DNA of 64,000 nt, from assembly GCA_964234715.1 (NCBI GenBank), contig OZ174286.1. One strand, given 5' to 3'. The notes beneath the pieces were generated by a model. It did not search any database, had not been told where the DNA came from, and saw only the letters and a program-made list of their open reading frames with translations. The DNA comes from Podarcis melisellensis. Lineage: Eukaryota. Position 1 is the first letter of the stretch, and the number at the start of each line of letters is the position of its first letter. The position numbers and the translations under genes were made by a program. Below are positions 10,290 through 23,309 of this stretch, piece by piece.

Positions 10290-13200
10290 CGGTCCACAAA
10301 TAAATTAGGCCCCTTGACAACTTCATCCTAAATAGTTCCTTCCTCTGAAAACGTCATAAAAATACCAGTGGTCTTTATTTGTAAATCAGATGTTTAAGAC
10401 CATCCATGCGTTCATTTTTCAGCTTTGTAACTCACCTTTCTCTACGGTCATATACTCAAAGCGGCTTACAAGTATAGAACACAGCAATAACATTCGGAAC
10501 TAGAATGCAATAAAACATTAAACAAAAACAAAAGAAGCAAATGCACCTTGATCTTAAACGCATTACCTGGGATTCATTTCCACTGGTTGGAAATATAAGA
10601 CAGCACAACAAGTGCCATAGGATACAATATAATTTAGGGTAAAACAGCATTCTCATTCAGGTAAATCGGAACTGTCTTAGCAAGACAATGCAGCATTTCA
10701 AAAAGTGATCCACCTTAGGAGAAGTCTGACCAGGTGTTCCTTTCGCAAATAACTCTTAACTGAGAAGTAATCCCCAGCTACTAGGGGGTCAAAGTACTTC
10801 TCTACGTGTGCCAAACATGCATGATATTGCTTCTTCTCTCAGTCCATCCGTCCAAGTTTGATGATCCACATCCAACCGGTTCTAGGTGTATAAGATTGAA
10901 TTGGCCCGTAAAGGTACACAGAGATTATTTTTATATGTCCTTAGTCAGCTGCGCTCACTTTTACAGTATTTTAGGATTCTCTTCGGAATAGGAGAAGGGG
11001 CTCTTGGACTTCCGATGTGCGCGCTTGTGTGTGCGTGTGTATGTACAGTGTGTGCGTGTGTAGCGAAAGGCTATTAACAGCAAATTCCTTATTAACACAG
11101 GTAATGTACAAAATGAGTTTTGGGGGTGACAAAGCATATTTACGATTTCCTGCTGACCCAAGGCATACAGGGGATATGAAGGACAGAGACTTCTAGGGAC
11201 ACTAGATTCTTCCTCCGCATGAGGAAGAGAAATGTGGTCATTCCAAACCGTGGCTGTGGGGAGAGAGAAATAGGAAATGGGGAACATATTTCAATACAGA
11301 TAAAGTCTTAAATCAGCTTCAGGCTGCGGCATAAAACAAGGAAGAAAACTATCTTTGTTCAAAAATACGTTATCCCTTGCTATTTCTATCAATAGCTTCT
11401 GATACGTTGTTCTATGTAACCTTGTCTCACACACAAATTAATCTCTCTCTCCGTCCATCAAATTTTCTATCTGGCTATCTAGCTCTCTAGCTATCCAGCT
11501 AACTATCTAGCTATCTATCCTCTTCCTGAAGTTCTTATCAACTTCTCAGACTTTCGGTCTATATGCATACATCTCTAGCAAAAAAAAATCCTTATAAAAT
11601 GAGAACTATCCGAGATTATTTGCTTTTCTTAAAGTATATATTGTGTGACGTAATTGTTCAAGGGTAACATATATAATTGCACATTCATCTTCAAAGGGCA
11701 CATGCCTCTGTGGAACAAGGTAGCTATATTAGAAATAATTTCATAGTGATACTTCTTGTAAAGTGAGAGATAAACTTTGTGCACTGGATATAATCTGACT
11801 TTACATTAGCAGTCGATACAGAATTCAAATATGGGGCAACTCTGTTCCCCCGCAATACTATTAAGTTTCGCCTGAACATAAACACTGCTAGAACGGTGCC
11901 TGTTCAGTTAAACACTGTAACACGTTACCTTTAATACCAGAAAGAAAGAAAAACATTGCTTTCGAGCGAAATATGAAAGAAACACTATTATGTTTCTTTT
12001 AACTTAACTAAATCATACTGTTCCAATCGTGATAATAATTTCGTCTGTCTTTTAAAGTATATTTACAGCAGAAGACTGGTTTAAGTCTTGGAAACTTGCA
12101 TTACTTTTTTCTTTTGTTACTTTTCTAGTCAAAGACCTAAAAGAGCGAGAGAAATCTTAAAATATGCGCAAAACTTGCTTCTTTCGCACAAGCTCTTTAC
12201 TCTATATCCTCCCAGCGCCCTGCTCGTCAATTTTAAGGGTCTTGCATAAAGTTTCGTGTGTTTTTCCTAGGGTTTAGAAGAACTAATCCTTATAGACACA
12301 ACAATTTCTGTTGTGACGGTAGAGTCGAGCAATTCTATACCAGTTGGAGTATTAACAGAGTCTTGGAAAAGAAAAAGGAATCTCGTCCTGGACTTCCCAC
12401 AAATGTAGCTAATTCCCTTAAACTCCTTTGGATTTACACCTCGGTAGTTACTGGGAGACAGAAGCAGTCCTTGCTCTCATTAACGGCCTGATTTCTGTTC
12501 CAACTGCCACACCAGATAATCAACTTTTATGGTCTTCCAAACATTACTTTCCAGCTGTTTAAGACCGTGGGGAGGGGGGATTCTAGCCAGGGTTTGTGCA
12601 CTTGCAACTCGATTTACAGTAGAAGTTTAACCCTGTCTACTCAGAAGTAAGCCCTAGTGACTTGAAGGGGGCTCACTCACTCCTAGGCTGCAAACCTCTT
12701 ATGTGGGAATAAATCCAATTTAATTCAATGGGTGCGACTTCTCAGTAGACACACTGCACAGTAACACGATCTGTCCTTTCATTCGCAGATTTTTCTAGGT
12801 TCCATCTCATAAGATATGCATAACATATAGAAAGAATATTTTGGGCATGTTTTGGAATGGAAAATTCGAATTCGCACCTCGGTTTCATTAGATCCGCCGC
12901 AATTCTAACAGCTCAGATGAGAACTAGATTCTGGCAGCTTTTTAGAGATGTCAATGCAGCCACAACTGGTATAAAAATTCGAAGTGATTTTCCACACGTT
13001 AATTTTTTATTTTTTTAAAGTAAAACCCAAACAGATTGTATTTGACGTACTACAGAGAACGCAGACTACGGTCCATTAGTGCCACGGAACCCGAGAGGCA
13101 GACTTCTCTCTGCCTCGCAAGGTGCTGGGTAGCACTCATCTCAGGGAATGGGTCTAATCTCTCTGTAGGGAAACATTGCCCCTTACTTCGCTTTACTGGG

Positions 13201-14999
13201 GTGGCGGCCCAACTGGTCTTGTTCCTGAAGAAGTTACTCGACCCTGCCAGGCTTCGATAAGAACCGGCCACTGAAGAACCCAGCTGGATTTCCAAATCCA
13301 TCCAACCTGCGATCCTAAGGGCAGAAGCAAAGTCCCAGGAAACGACTTTAGGATAGGGCGCTATTGCTTGCTACACGAACCCCACAATCCCTTTAACTTC
13401 GCTTGAAAAGCGCACATTTAGGGCAGACCGGGGTTCAGGAGGACCTGGATTTAAGCCCTTAGAGCTCTATTGCAGTCAGGGATACTCACCCACCCCAATG
13501 CTAATTTCGGAAATTAACCCTATTCAACACAAGGGGGCTTGCTTCCAAAAAAACATGCTTAGGATTGGAGTGCTTGTGGTTAATATCCAAGCGCTATACG
13601 TAGTTTCAAAGGATAGTGAATGGGGCTGCAAGCTTTCAAACAGATACAAACTTTCCCAAATATCTTTTTTGTGGGGGATATTTGACGGCGAGGGAAGATA
13701 GCAAAACTAACAACAACAACAAAACCCAATAGCGCTAAATCCTCACGCCTGGAAATGACAACATCCACCTTGCTTGGTTTTTTCCATTTCTGCATCCTTT
13801 TCAGCACCAATGAACCGCGCAGCCGGATCCTGTGCAAGTCTGCAGCGATAAAATTAGCCCTGAGTTTGGTGCGACTAACTTCCAGGCAGGGTACATTAAA
13901 GGATTGCAGCCAACGGTAGTTTTACAAAGGGAACCATGCTTGCCTATCATTTAAACCTGCAATCCTAAACATATCCCCACAGGCCCACTGGTTGCCCTGA
14001 GGTTTGCTTCAGCTAAGTTTGTTGTCCATCAGCCTGTCGTAAAACATTTTCCTATACTCTGATGCCCGGGAGCATTTCTTTACTTCCATGGAATTTGTTT
14101 AGGATGGGAAAGTCTCAATTCGATCCTCAATAACCGGCCTTTCCCTGGGGTATTATTCTCCTCCCCATGCTTAGTGTTAGACCCCCCACACCACCCAAAA
14201 ATCTGGGATTCATATAGAATACTTTGGTACAGAAGGTGTGTTAAGAATTATCAGAGTGCTCCTCAAAAACTCACAATTCTATCTCTTATCCAATATGCCC
14301 CTCCCACACATTACAGACAATCGTCTCAAATTTGGGCAGGTTTCGTTTCCATTTATTATCATATGACCTGAGCAGACGCTTGGAAAAAACCCAAGATGTT
14401 TCATTCAACACAAATGATTTTTTTGCTTCCCTGTCTTTGTATAGGATCGAGCTGTATAGGATCGCATGGAGTTTTGATCCTGCAATATTCTTGTTAATTT
14501 TTGCTGTCCATATGTAGAAAATGCAGCCCGTTAAAGTGAATGAATGTCGTTCCAAAACTTAAATAATTGTTAATATATTTAAATTAGCAATATTCACATA
14601 TATTATTCTTTTGCTTTGGCTACTGCGAATGAATGAATTAAATATCTAAAGTAAGTATTCTCAGGACCTGAGTGTTAATCATGGGAAATACAAAACAATT
14701 TATTTTCCAAGCAAGAAAAAAGTCGGTAACTTAAAAACAAGGAAGCAAACAAAGACGGTCTAGAGCTGCGATCCACAATGTATTTAAGCCATAATCTTCC
14801 AGTTTAATCAAGGGGAGACTGATATAAATGAGATGCGGGTCGGGTTGATGGATTTTCCTCCAAAGAAAATAAGATACTTCATTGCTTTTTATATAATTAT
14901 CAACATAAGATCGATAAAAACACTATAAGTAGGTAAAGTTTGGGTACAGATAACTCCGCTTTTTTATAGCAGTATTTTAAGAGATTTTTTTTGAAGCGA

Positions 15000-16100
15000 A
15001 CGGCTTTTCTAAGCCGATCCATAACTCGGCGAAATTACAACACCAGTATTGGAGTTATTTCACATCGTATTGATTTTGTCTTAATTGGGCTGCGGTTCGT
15101 GTTGTGTATTTTGAACTCGGTCTAAATGCAACACGTTTGCTTTCCTGCTTCTTATATCTTTTGGTTTTGTCGGTCCGCTTGACTCAACTTCAGCGGATCC
15201 GCTGCTTTGCGAGCTGGAAGCCGCAGTAGCTCGGCGCGGATGGGCGCGTTGAGCCAGTCCACGTGCAAACAGCTTTCATTGATAGAAGCAGCTCGCGGGA
15301 AGACGAAGGGGAGGAGAGGCTCTTCGGGCAGCATCGCTATTTCTCTCCCGAAGAAGGACAGCCATTGGCGGGGGAAGTTTTGCAGAGGAGGGCTTGGCAT
15401 TTGCCTATATGTAGAGACATCTAATGCAATATTCATGGCGCAGCGTCACAGGCGATTCTGCCGGGTTCAGGGCTACCTTCGAGGCAGCCCCCCCTCCCAC
15501 GCTATAGGAGGACTATCCTCTTCCTTCCAACACTTTTTTGTGAATGAACCACAGCACCCCCTCCTCCTTTTTTTGCCAGCTCACAGATCAGAGAAAGCAG
15601 TGAGATCACTGCCTGGATCTGGTCCGGTGCTTCGCCGCAATCTCTTCTCGCTTTCAAAGCAGGGTTCATTCAAGACCTGCCAGTTCCGCTCGCCTGGGAT
15701 AGACGTGGGGAGGGGGCGACTTCAAAGCCAGGTTGCAATGAAAAGGTTGCACTCCCCCCTTCAGAGGGGGCGCATCTTGGGTACGTTTTCACATTAATCG
15801 GGGGGCGGGGGCGGACTGGCGACTTGGCATGAGCTGCTGGCTACTCCATAGCCAAAAGACATTGCTACAAGCCACCACTTTTTGCGCTGACATATGATAA
15901 GCCTGCCCTTCCCCCTAATTCAGCTCCCCCCCCCAGGCCATTCCTAGAGTGGGTGGAGCTCTCGGCTGCTGCGTAAAGGGCGCGCCTGCACTCTTAGACT
16001 CCTCCAAAGAAGTATAACACCCCTTTCCCTCCCAAATCTTGTTTTGTCCCGAGAAAAATCCGAAATATAGGGCGACTGCTGAAGTCAAGCAATTTTAATT
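15000..16100. promoter_or_regulatory. Upstream CpG island about 11 kb from the EN2 start codon
   Basis: CpG-dense; ORF 15207-15797 has no recognisable protein features. Confidence 0.6.
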
Positions 16101-19100
16101 TATTTATTTTTAATATACTTAGGCTGCAATCCTACACACATCACCAGGAAATAAGTCCCCATTGAACCCATTGAGGATTATTTCTGAACAGGCAATGATG
16201 GGAAGTAAATTTCCCTAAAAGCAACGAGACTTCCTTCCTCATCCTCTATATCCGGCGATGCCATATTCGCCGCCCTGTCCACAAAATAAATCTTATGGCT
16301 GCTATCTGTAACCCTATATTTGGGAATGATGTAGAGTAGCTTGCACCCGTAGCCTCTTCGCTGTGTGCACTTGCAGACCGCTAGCGGGCTTGCTTGCGAC
16401 AATGACTTGGAGTTGGGTAGATCAGCATTAGCTCTTCCGCCTTGTACTTTTTTTTTAACAGTACAATCCTATTCATGCATCAACTCTTTTTAGAATTTCG
16501 GTTGCACAGTAGTAAGATCCTAAAGCATGTTTTTCTCATAAGAAAGTCCTACACTGGGACTTCATCCTGAAGAATAGGATGATGCTTAGTTTCATTGGTT
16601 GTATGTTTTTTATGATTACCCTGCTTTGCTGTCCTTTTCAACTAATTTTTGTAATGCTACTTCAATTGTTGAATGGCAGCGTATAAATCTTTAAAATACC
16701 CACCACATATTTGCATATACATGCATATTATGTCCTGCGTACTGGTCTTAGCAGCAGATAACATTTCCTACAGAGGGTATAATGTTGGATGTATGCAGCA
16801 GCACAACCATTTGCCCCAGCTGCAACAAAACATGTCTCTCCCTTTAACGGGCTCTACAACCACAGCAGGCGCTGTAACTCTCCAACGGTTTGACTTCACC
16901 ACTGAAGGTGCACCCTTCCATTGTCTCCAGAGACAGACGATGCAAACAAGGTTGCCAACTCACAAAGTTGTTTGGGGATACTTCGCTTTTGTTTTCACAC
17001 ATGTGCAGCACAATACTATGCATCTCTATCCATTGGGTCCATTGAGACTTAACTCCCAGTAAAGTGTGTATAGGATTTCAACCTTAATCCTAATTCACCC
17101 TACTTTTCAAACTCATCAGATAATTGGCCTGATCAGATACCCTATGGGACTTAGTACTTAGGTTCGTCCCATGTAACGGATGTAGAAGAAAAGCTGAGAA
17201 GGAGAGTCTAAACTGACCAAAGGGGATAAACCACACGTTGATCGTGCAGGGATTTCAGCAAGCTGAGTAGCCAAATATCGACGCGGCCGGATGCCCAGGA
17301 AAGTTCTGAAGCCTCTCCGCAGCTCCTTATCTGCTAATGAGCCTGGGTAGGATAGCAGCCTGCAGGTATAGAAACACATTGTGTGCTACTTGGCTGGATT
17401 CGTTCTGGGCATCTTGCAAGAGTCTCCGTGATGTGATCTCTCACATTCATTATGGCATATTACCTTCTATTGCACGTTTCTCAGCAGATAGTTCTCTGCG
17501 GTTATTCGCTTTTATTTTCATTTTTTGTTAAAAAAAATCTTTGTCCTCGAGGTTCTTCAGGAAGTATTTATCTTGTCTGTCTGAGACGCAGCACTCCGTA
17601 GCTGTCAATGGAAAGCCTCAACCATCCGTGCCCCTCTCCCCGTTCTTCCCAGCCTAGCCCGGCCCACCTTTTTTTTTTTTTTTTTTTTAATTAAAGCTTT
17701 TCAAGTTCCCTTCTGTTAAGGAAAGTGTCTAAACAAACAAGCCTCCCTGAAACTAAACGCTAGAAGAAGAGAACCGCCGCGCACCCTCGATTGTTTTTTA
17801 AAAAATAGCGAGGGGGGAGGCATTTCCCCATGTCGTGATTATAGTTCCAAAAGGAAATTGCTTTTATTTGTGAATGAGACTTTCAATAGGAAGGGACATG
17901 GAGGGGAAAAGCTCCTTAAGGGAAGGAGGTCACGGGGTTAGAGGGCGGATTAAAGGCCCCCACCTGTCTCGAAATCCCGGACAACCGTCCCAAAATCTGA
18001 AACAAGGAGGGATCAAAACCGTACTTTTGGGACGTAGGGTGAAAAGGGAGTCACGGGAGATTTTTCAGCCTAAAACAAAAACATGAAGTCTGGGGACAAG
18101 CGGCTGAGAAACCGGGACGTGTCATTCAGGTCCTGAACTCTTCCCAAGGAAATTCAGTGAGTGATCGATGTGTGTGTGTGTGTGTGTAGAAGAAAGAGGG
18201 TTTAAAAAGCAGGAATTATATACACACTTACTTGGGAGTAAGTAAGCCTCACTGAAACCAGTGAGAGTTCCTTCGGATGAAACATGGCTGGGCTCTGGCT
18301 GCAAGAGCTGGTTTTATTTTCTAACGCTTTACCTCGAGTCTGGACTAAAAAGAGGGAGTGGGGAGTGCTTCCTCCTTTTAGGCCTAAAAACTATGAAAAA
18401 ACGGAGACCGTGCACAGACTCTGCCAAGCCGCTTAAAAACCTCCCTGCGGACTAGCTCCCATCGCCTCGTTTTCCCTCCGTCCTCTCCACGTCCGTTGCT
18501 GTTAAGCTACAGCACTTGGGTTGAATAGCCCGTCGCCATCCAAGTGCTAAAGAGAAATGGGGTGAAATGAACGCAATGCCACTTCCTTCACGAGAAAGCT
18601 GCTGGTGACTGAAGTGCTTGTCCTGTTGATTTCTCCTTTCGGTTGATGTTAACTTTGTTTGTAATCGTGTATTCCAAAAGTGACCTGTCAAGGCGGCTTA
18701 CAAATAATAGAAAGCGCAGAGAAAGCAACAACAGCAGCACACCACAATCACCTGCAACATCTGCATAGGCCGCAACACCGCCTGTCGGTTGCTGTCTGGT
18801 AGAGATTCCAAATCCACAATCGCTTTGGGTATTCGAGCGTAGCTAGTTCCAGGCTGCCTCGCTACCGAAAGTGACTCTCGCCTTCACCTCAAGCTCCAAC
18901 CTGGTCTTCCTCTGCACGTGAAGGACCAGGAGTTGATGGGGCTTGATTCTGCCAGGATCCCAAAGTCCTGAGGAAACTTTGGTGAGAGCCTGAAGCGGAG
19001 ATCTGTCAGTGGCTAACAACTTCTTACGCAAGGAGGCCGGAGAAAGAGCTTTACGGGATAGCCCCTTGCACTGTTTTGTGGGACAGAACTTCTTCCCACA

Positions 19101-20835
19101 GCCCAGAACAACTTGACAGATGGCCTGTGGGGTAGCCTAGGCAAGGCAGGAAGGAAAACACAGACGAGGCTGAATTTCTTTGTTTCTGTCTCCGCCAGGA
19201 GCCTTCTCTTTCTTCGCTTGCTCAACAAATAAACGGTGAAGGGAAGCCCACTGCGTCTCCTTCCGGATAGCTTTTGTTTGTCTGGGCAAGGCAAGGCAAA
19301 GCACCATTTCCAGCATCATCTTAGCAGCTGAATGGGTCGCTGTTTCTCCTCTTCACTGCAGATATAAATATGCGAAGCCCTTCAGGAGGAAGGAGCCATG
19401 AGTTAAAATTCTGGTTCCATCCAAGCCAATTACAAAACACCTATTGATTTTTTAGCCGAGCCAAAATTTCACCCATAATCCTCGCCCCTGGGACACAGAT
19501 TCACGCGCCATTGGAGCTGGACAGTACCTCAAATGAGAGTCTGGCACAACTCAGGAGGAGGAAGTGAGGATAAAATGGTAGCCTCAGGGGCTGCAACTGA
19601 TTTGCATAATCAATTTAATTTTTGCCATCTTAGAGGACTCCAACCACCAACCGCTTGAGCGGTCACACTCATCAGTCTACAATATCCTTGTTCTAAATGT
19701 GATAACCTCAGGTGTGGAAAAGGCCGCAGCCCTTTGACAGATCTTACAATATGGACATTACCACTTCAAGCAAAGACTTTTTTGGGGGGCACATCTGTTT
19801 TGAGATGCAGGCAATATAAACTCCATGAAATTTACACCCTCTGTGCCAATATGTCGTGAGAGTTATACCCACCTGTGTAAGCCAAAACCACAAAAACTTT
19901 AAAAATTCTCTAGGAGTGTTTTAATGGAGAGAAGGAAGAGAGAGCCCATGTTACAGTTTCAGGCAGTGGAGAAGTTTTTGACTTAACAATTTTTAAGACA
20001 AATTGAGAACAAGGCCTCAATAAGATCATCCACTGATGTGGGCTAGAGAGGCATCCTTTCCACCCATCCAGGGGTGGTCCTAGCTTGACAAACAAAGGAA
20101 TTATCTATGGTGAATGCTTTTATTATTCTCTCAGACAACAGCAACAGGCCTACAAGGTCAGGAAGACTGGCTAGGAGAGCAGGTAGGTTGTCAGTTGTAC
20201 ATAAAATTAATAAAGGAGGTTTTAAAAGCCAGTATAATATTTTATCACCAGAGCATACCACATAGTAGAAAGAATGTATACAAAGGCCAGTGGATGTTTC
20301 CCAGGATACATCTAACATAGTTAGCATTTTGGATGTGATGCCTGCATAGTGTTCCAAGCAATGAATCCAGAGTTTAATTCAGTTTAGCATTTGCATCCAT
20401 TGAGGTCCAAAGGGACCTAAAACAGACTGGAAGCTTGTTTTAAAATCCACTGACATTGGATGAGAATGAGGAGATTAGAGAGCAGCAGAAAGGGTTGTGT
20501 AGTCAGCAAATACAGGTGTTTAGCCTATTAAACCTGCAGAGTTCAGTTCTCACCCAAGCCATTTCTCTTCTACAAAAATTTATTCCTACTGAAGAATCCA
20601 CCATCAACTTGTGGGAGCCTCATATTCCCTGCTAATGCTGGAAGCTTCTTCATCTGTGATTTCCTATAAGATTTCTTTTGGTGCTAGAATGGATGAAATT
20701 CTTTCCCCTACCCCAGATTTTGAGGCTTTACTTTTTTCTTCTCTCAGATAACAGAAACGAATTCTTGACTAGAAGATCAGTTGGAGACAGAGGTAGACAA
20801 ATAGATACACCCACCCACACTCCTCTCAGAAAGAC

Positions 20836-20857
20836 AGGGTTAGGGTTAGGGTTAGGG
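20836..20857 (+). repeat. Short interstitial telomeric repeat AGGG(TTAGGG)3
   Basis: Exact sequence agggttagggttagggttaggg. Confidence 0.95.
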
Positions 20858-21687
20858 ATCTGTGAGGTGGCAACTCACTTGCATACTCTTTCAGCAGCCT
20901 TTGCTAAAGATCCTGGAAATCAGTCACCATAACTATATGGGGGCTTAGACTTCTTGCCGCTCTGTGCTCTTCCCACTAGTGGGTCAAAAGGATTCCAGGA
21001 AAGTGAGGGAGGCAGGCAAAGGCTACCTTGGAACTTTGCACCAGCTGGATTTTCTTGCCCTAAAATACTATGTACTATCAACAGTCCTGTGTGAAGGATT
21101 CTGATGGCTTTTTATATGTTGATATTGGTCATTATGTTTATGTATTTAATACAGTTTTAAAGTTTCTTGTAAGCCACATTGGAAGAAGCTATATTCTGAA
21201 ACTCGGGCTATAAATAACTGTACTAAATAAATAGTTGCATGCTGCAAATTATATACTAAGTAGCAGCACATCATGGGAACTCTGGCAAACTTCAAAGAAT
21301 AAATGAAGGAAGAAGCAAAGACCACTTCAGCAGTAGTGGTAGAGGCTAAGATGTGATGAAGAGCTAAGAAGACAGACAGTGAGGGTTCTTTGGTGGTGCC
21401 CTGAAATGTGTGTGCTATGCTTATTTTCTTGTCTGTCAGCATAGACTACACTTGCAGAAAATGTCAGTTGATTGTCCTGCTGGGCCAATAAGTAAGAAGA
21501 CAGCAGTGATGAGTTTCCATTCTTCATTTATGAAGACAATGACTTCTTCGGCAGGACACGGGGTACTACAGAAAGGACAAAAGCAGTCAAGAAAATGAGA
21601 ACTGTAGGATTGGGAAAACTGCATTGAAGACCATGACTGTAAAGAACATGAGTATAAGGCGCCATTCTGTACCACTGGAACACAGTA

Positions 21688-21913
21688 CAGTGGTACCTCA
21701 TGTTACATACGCTTCAGGTTACAGACTCCGCGAACCCAGAAACAGTGCTTCAGGTTAAGAACTTTGTTTCAGGATGAGAACAGAAATCATGCTCTGGCGG
21801 CGCAGCAGCAGCAGGAGGCCCCATTACCTAAAGTGGTGCTTCAGGTTAAGAACAGTTTCCGGTTAAGAACGGACCTCCAGAACGAATTAAGTACTTAACC
21901 CGAGGTACCACTG
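21688..21913. mobile_element. Tc1/mariner (Tigger/pogo-like) MITE
   Basis: TIRs CAGTGGTACCTC / GAGGTACCACTG with TA on both flanks. Confidence 0.9.
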
Positions 21914-22740
21914 TATCTCTCTTTCCAGTGTCTCTGAGGAGCTGGTGGAAGACAGTAGTAGCAGGCTACACTAGATAGGAAGGAAGACTCTCAACCCTTT
22001 AAGGACAGAGGTGACTCAATCTCCATATGCAGGAAGAGGAATAAAGTGGTGGTAATAATGGCTGGGAACTCCCTACGGAGAGATGAGTCTTCTGTGTCAA
22101 GTGAATTTGTTAACTTCTGAAGTATACTGTATCTCAAGTATTGGGACCCAGGTTGTGATTGATAACTTGCCAAGTTTTATCAAGCCCACTCATCATTATA
22201 TATTTTTGCTCATCTGCGCAGGAATGAATGACACCACCAGGGATTACTATGAAAACATACCTGACTACAAAGTTCTGATAAAGCATCTTGGGGCTCTGGT
22301 AAAGTTCTCATCAAGGTAGAGGACTACACAGAGAGATCACAGTTCAGGGGAACTATTCTCCTAAGTAGCAGCATGTTTCTTGGACTATTGTATAAGCTTC
22401 CTAAAGAAGGAAGGTAGGCTGCACCTTGGGGAATGTATCTGGCGGAAGAATGCCAAACCTGAGCAATCAAATACTGTGTGGGATGGCTCCAATAGCCGAA
22501 AGCTAAGTACAAAATGATTTACTAAATATATAGATGTGGCTGCTACAGGAGAAACTGGGAAAGTTGAGGAGATCTCCAGAAAACCCTACACTAAAATAGC
22601 AGGAGAGATATCAGAGTGGAATATCCAAAGCTTTAAACTTCTATACTAATGCATAGAGTATGGGAAATGAACAAGATGAACTTCAACTTCTTGAACGAGA
22701 AGGTAAATACAAATTGATCCACATAACTGAGACTTAGTGG

Positions 22741-22887
22741 CAGTGGCGTAGCGTGGGGGGTGCAGGGGGGGCCGGCCGCACTGGGCACAACACCTGGGGG
22801 TTAGGGTTAGGGGGCACAAATCCACGGGTTAGGGGGTGCAAATTACTTGCCTTGCCCTGGGTGCTGACAACCCACGCTACGCCACTG
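22741..22887 (+). mobile_element. hAT-type MITE (17-bp TIR CAGTGGCGTAGCGTGGG) with internal TTAGGG repeats
   Basis: Perfect TIRs and perfect 8-bp TSD CTTAGTGG (22733-22740 and 22888-22895). Confidence 0.92.
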
Positions 22888-23195
22888 CTTAGTGGGACAT
22901 GATTAGAAAACAGCAATTGAAGGATGTAGCTTGTTCTAAAAAAAACCCAATTTTCATATGCTGAAATAAATGCTTGGTAGAATTAAATGGCTATTTCTAC
23001 TCATGAGAAAATAAATCCAAGACAGGTGACAGTTCCCAAATAACAAACTACTAAAGGCACAATCACCAATAATTCCAAGGAGAATGAAAAATGTAGGATT
23101 TTTTAAAAGTCTGTGTGGCTGCACAAAAAGCTGAAAATAAAAAGGACATGCATGAGAAGAGGAATGAAGGATAAGTTAACAAGGATGAATACAAG

Positions 23196-23309
23196 CAAGG
23201 CTTTTCTTTTTAGTTGGAAGTTGCTGGAACTCAGTTCTGGCACCTCTCAGGTGCCATAAAAAAAAAAGTGGTGAGTTCTGGCACCTCTTTTTCTAGAAAA
23301 AAAGCATTG
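23196..23309 (+). mobile_element. hAT-type MITE (CAGGGCTTTTT...AAAAAAGCACTG family)
   Basis: Imperfect TIRs; 8-bp TSD AATACAAG/AGTACAAG; related copy at 33987-34125. Confidence 0.75.

Noticed and set aside
15207-15797. 196-aa ORF in the upstream CpG island
   Set aside because: No domain resemblance or splice structure; expected by chance in GC-rich DNA.
10204-18303. Dispersed palindromes as a CRISPR-like array
   Set aside because: Eukaryotic DNA; the copies are degenerate and irregularly spaced, with no uniform spacers or cas genes.
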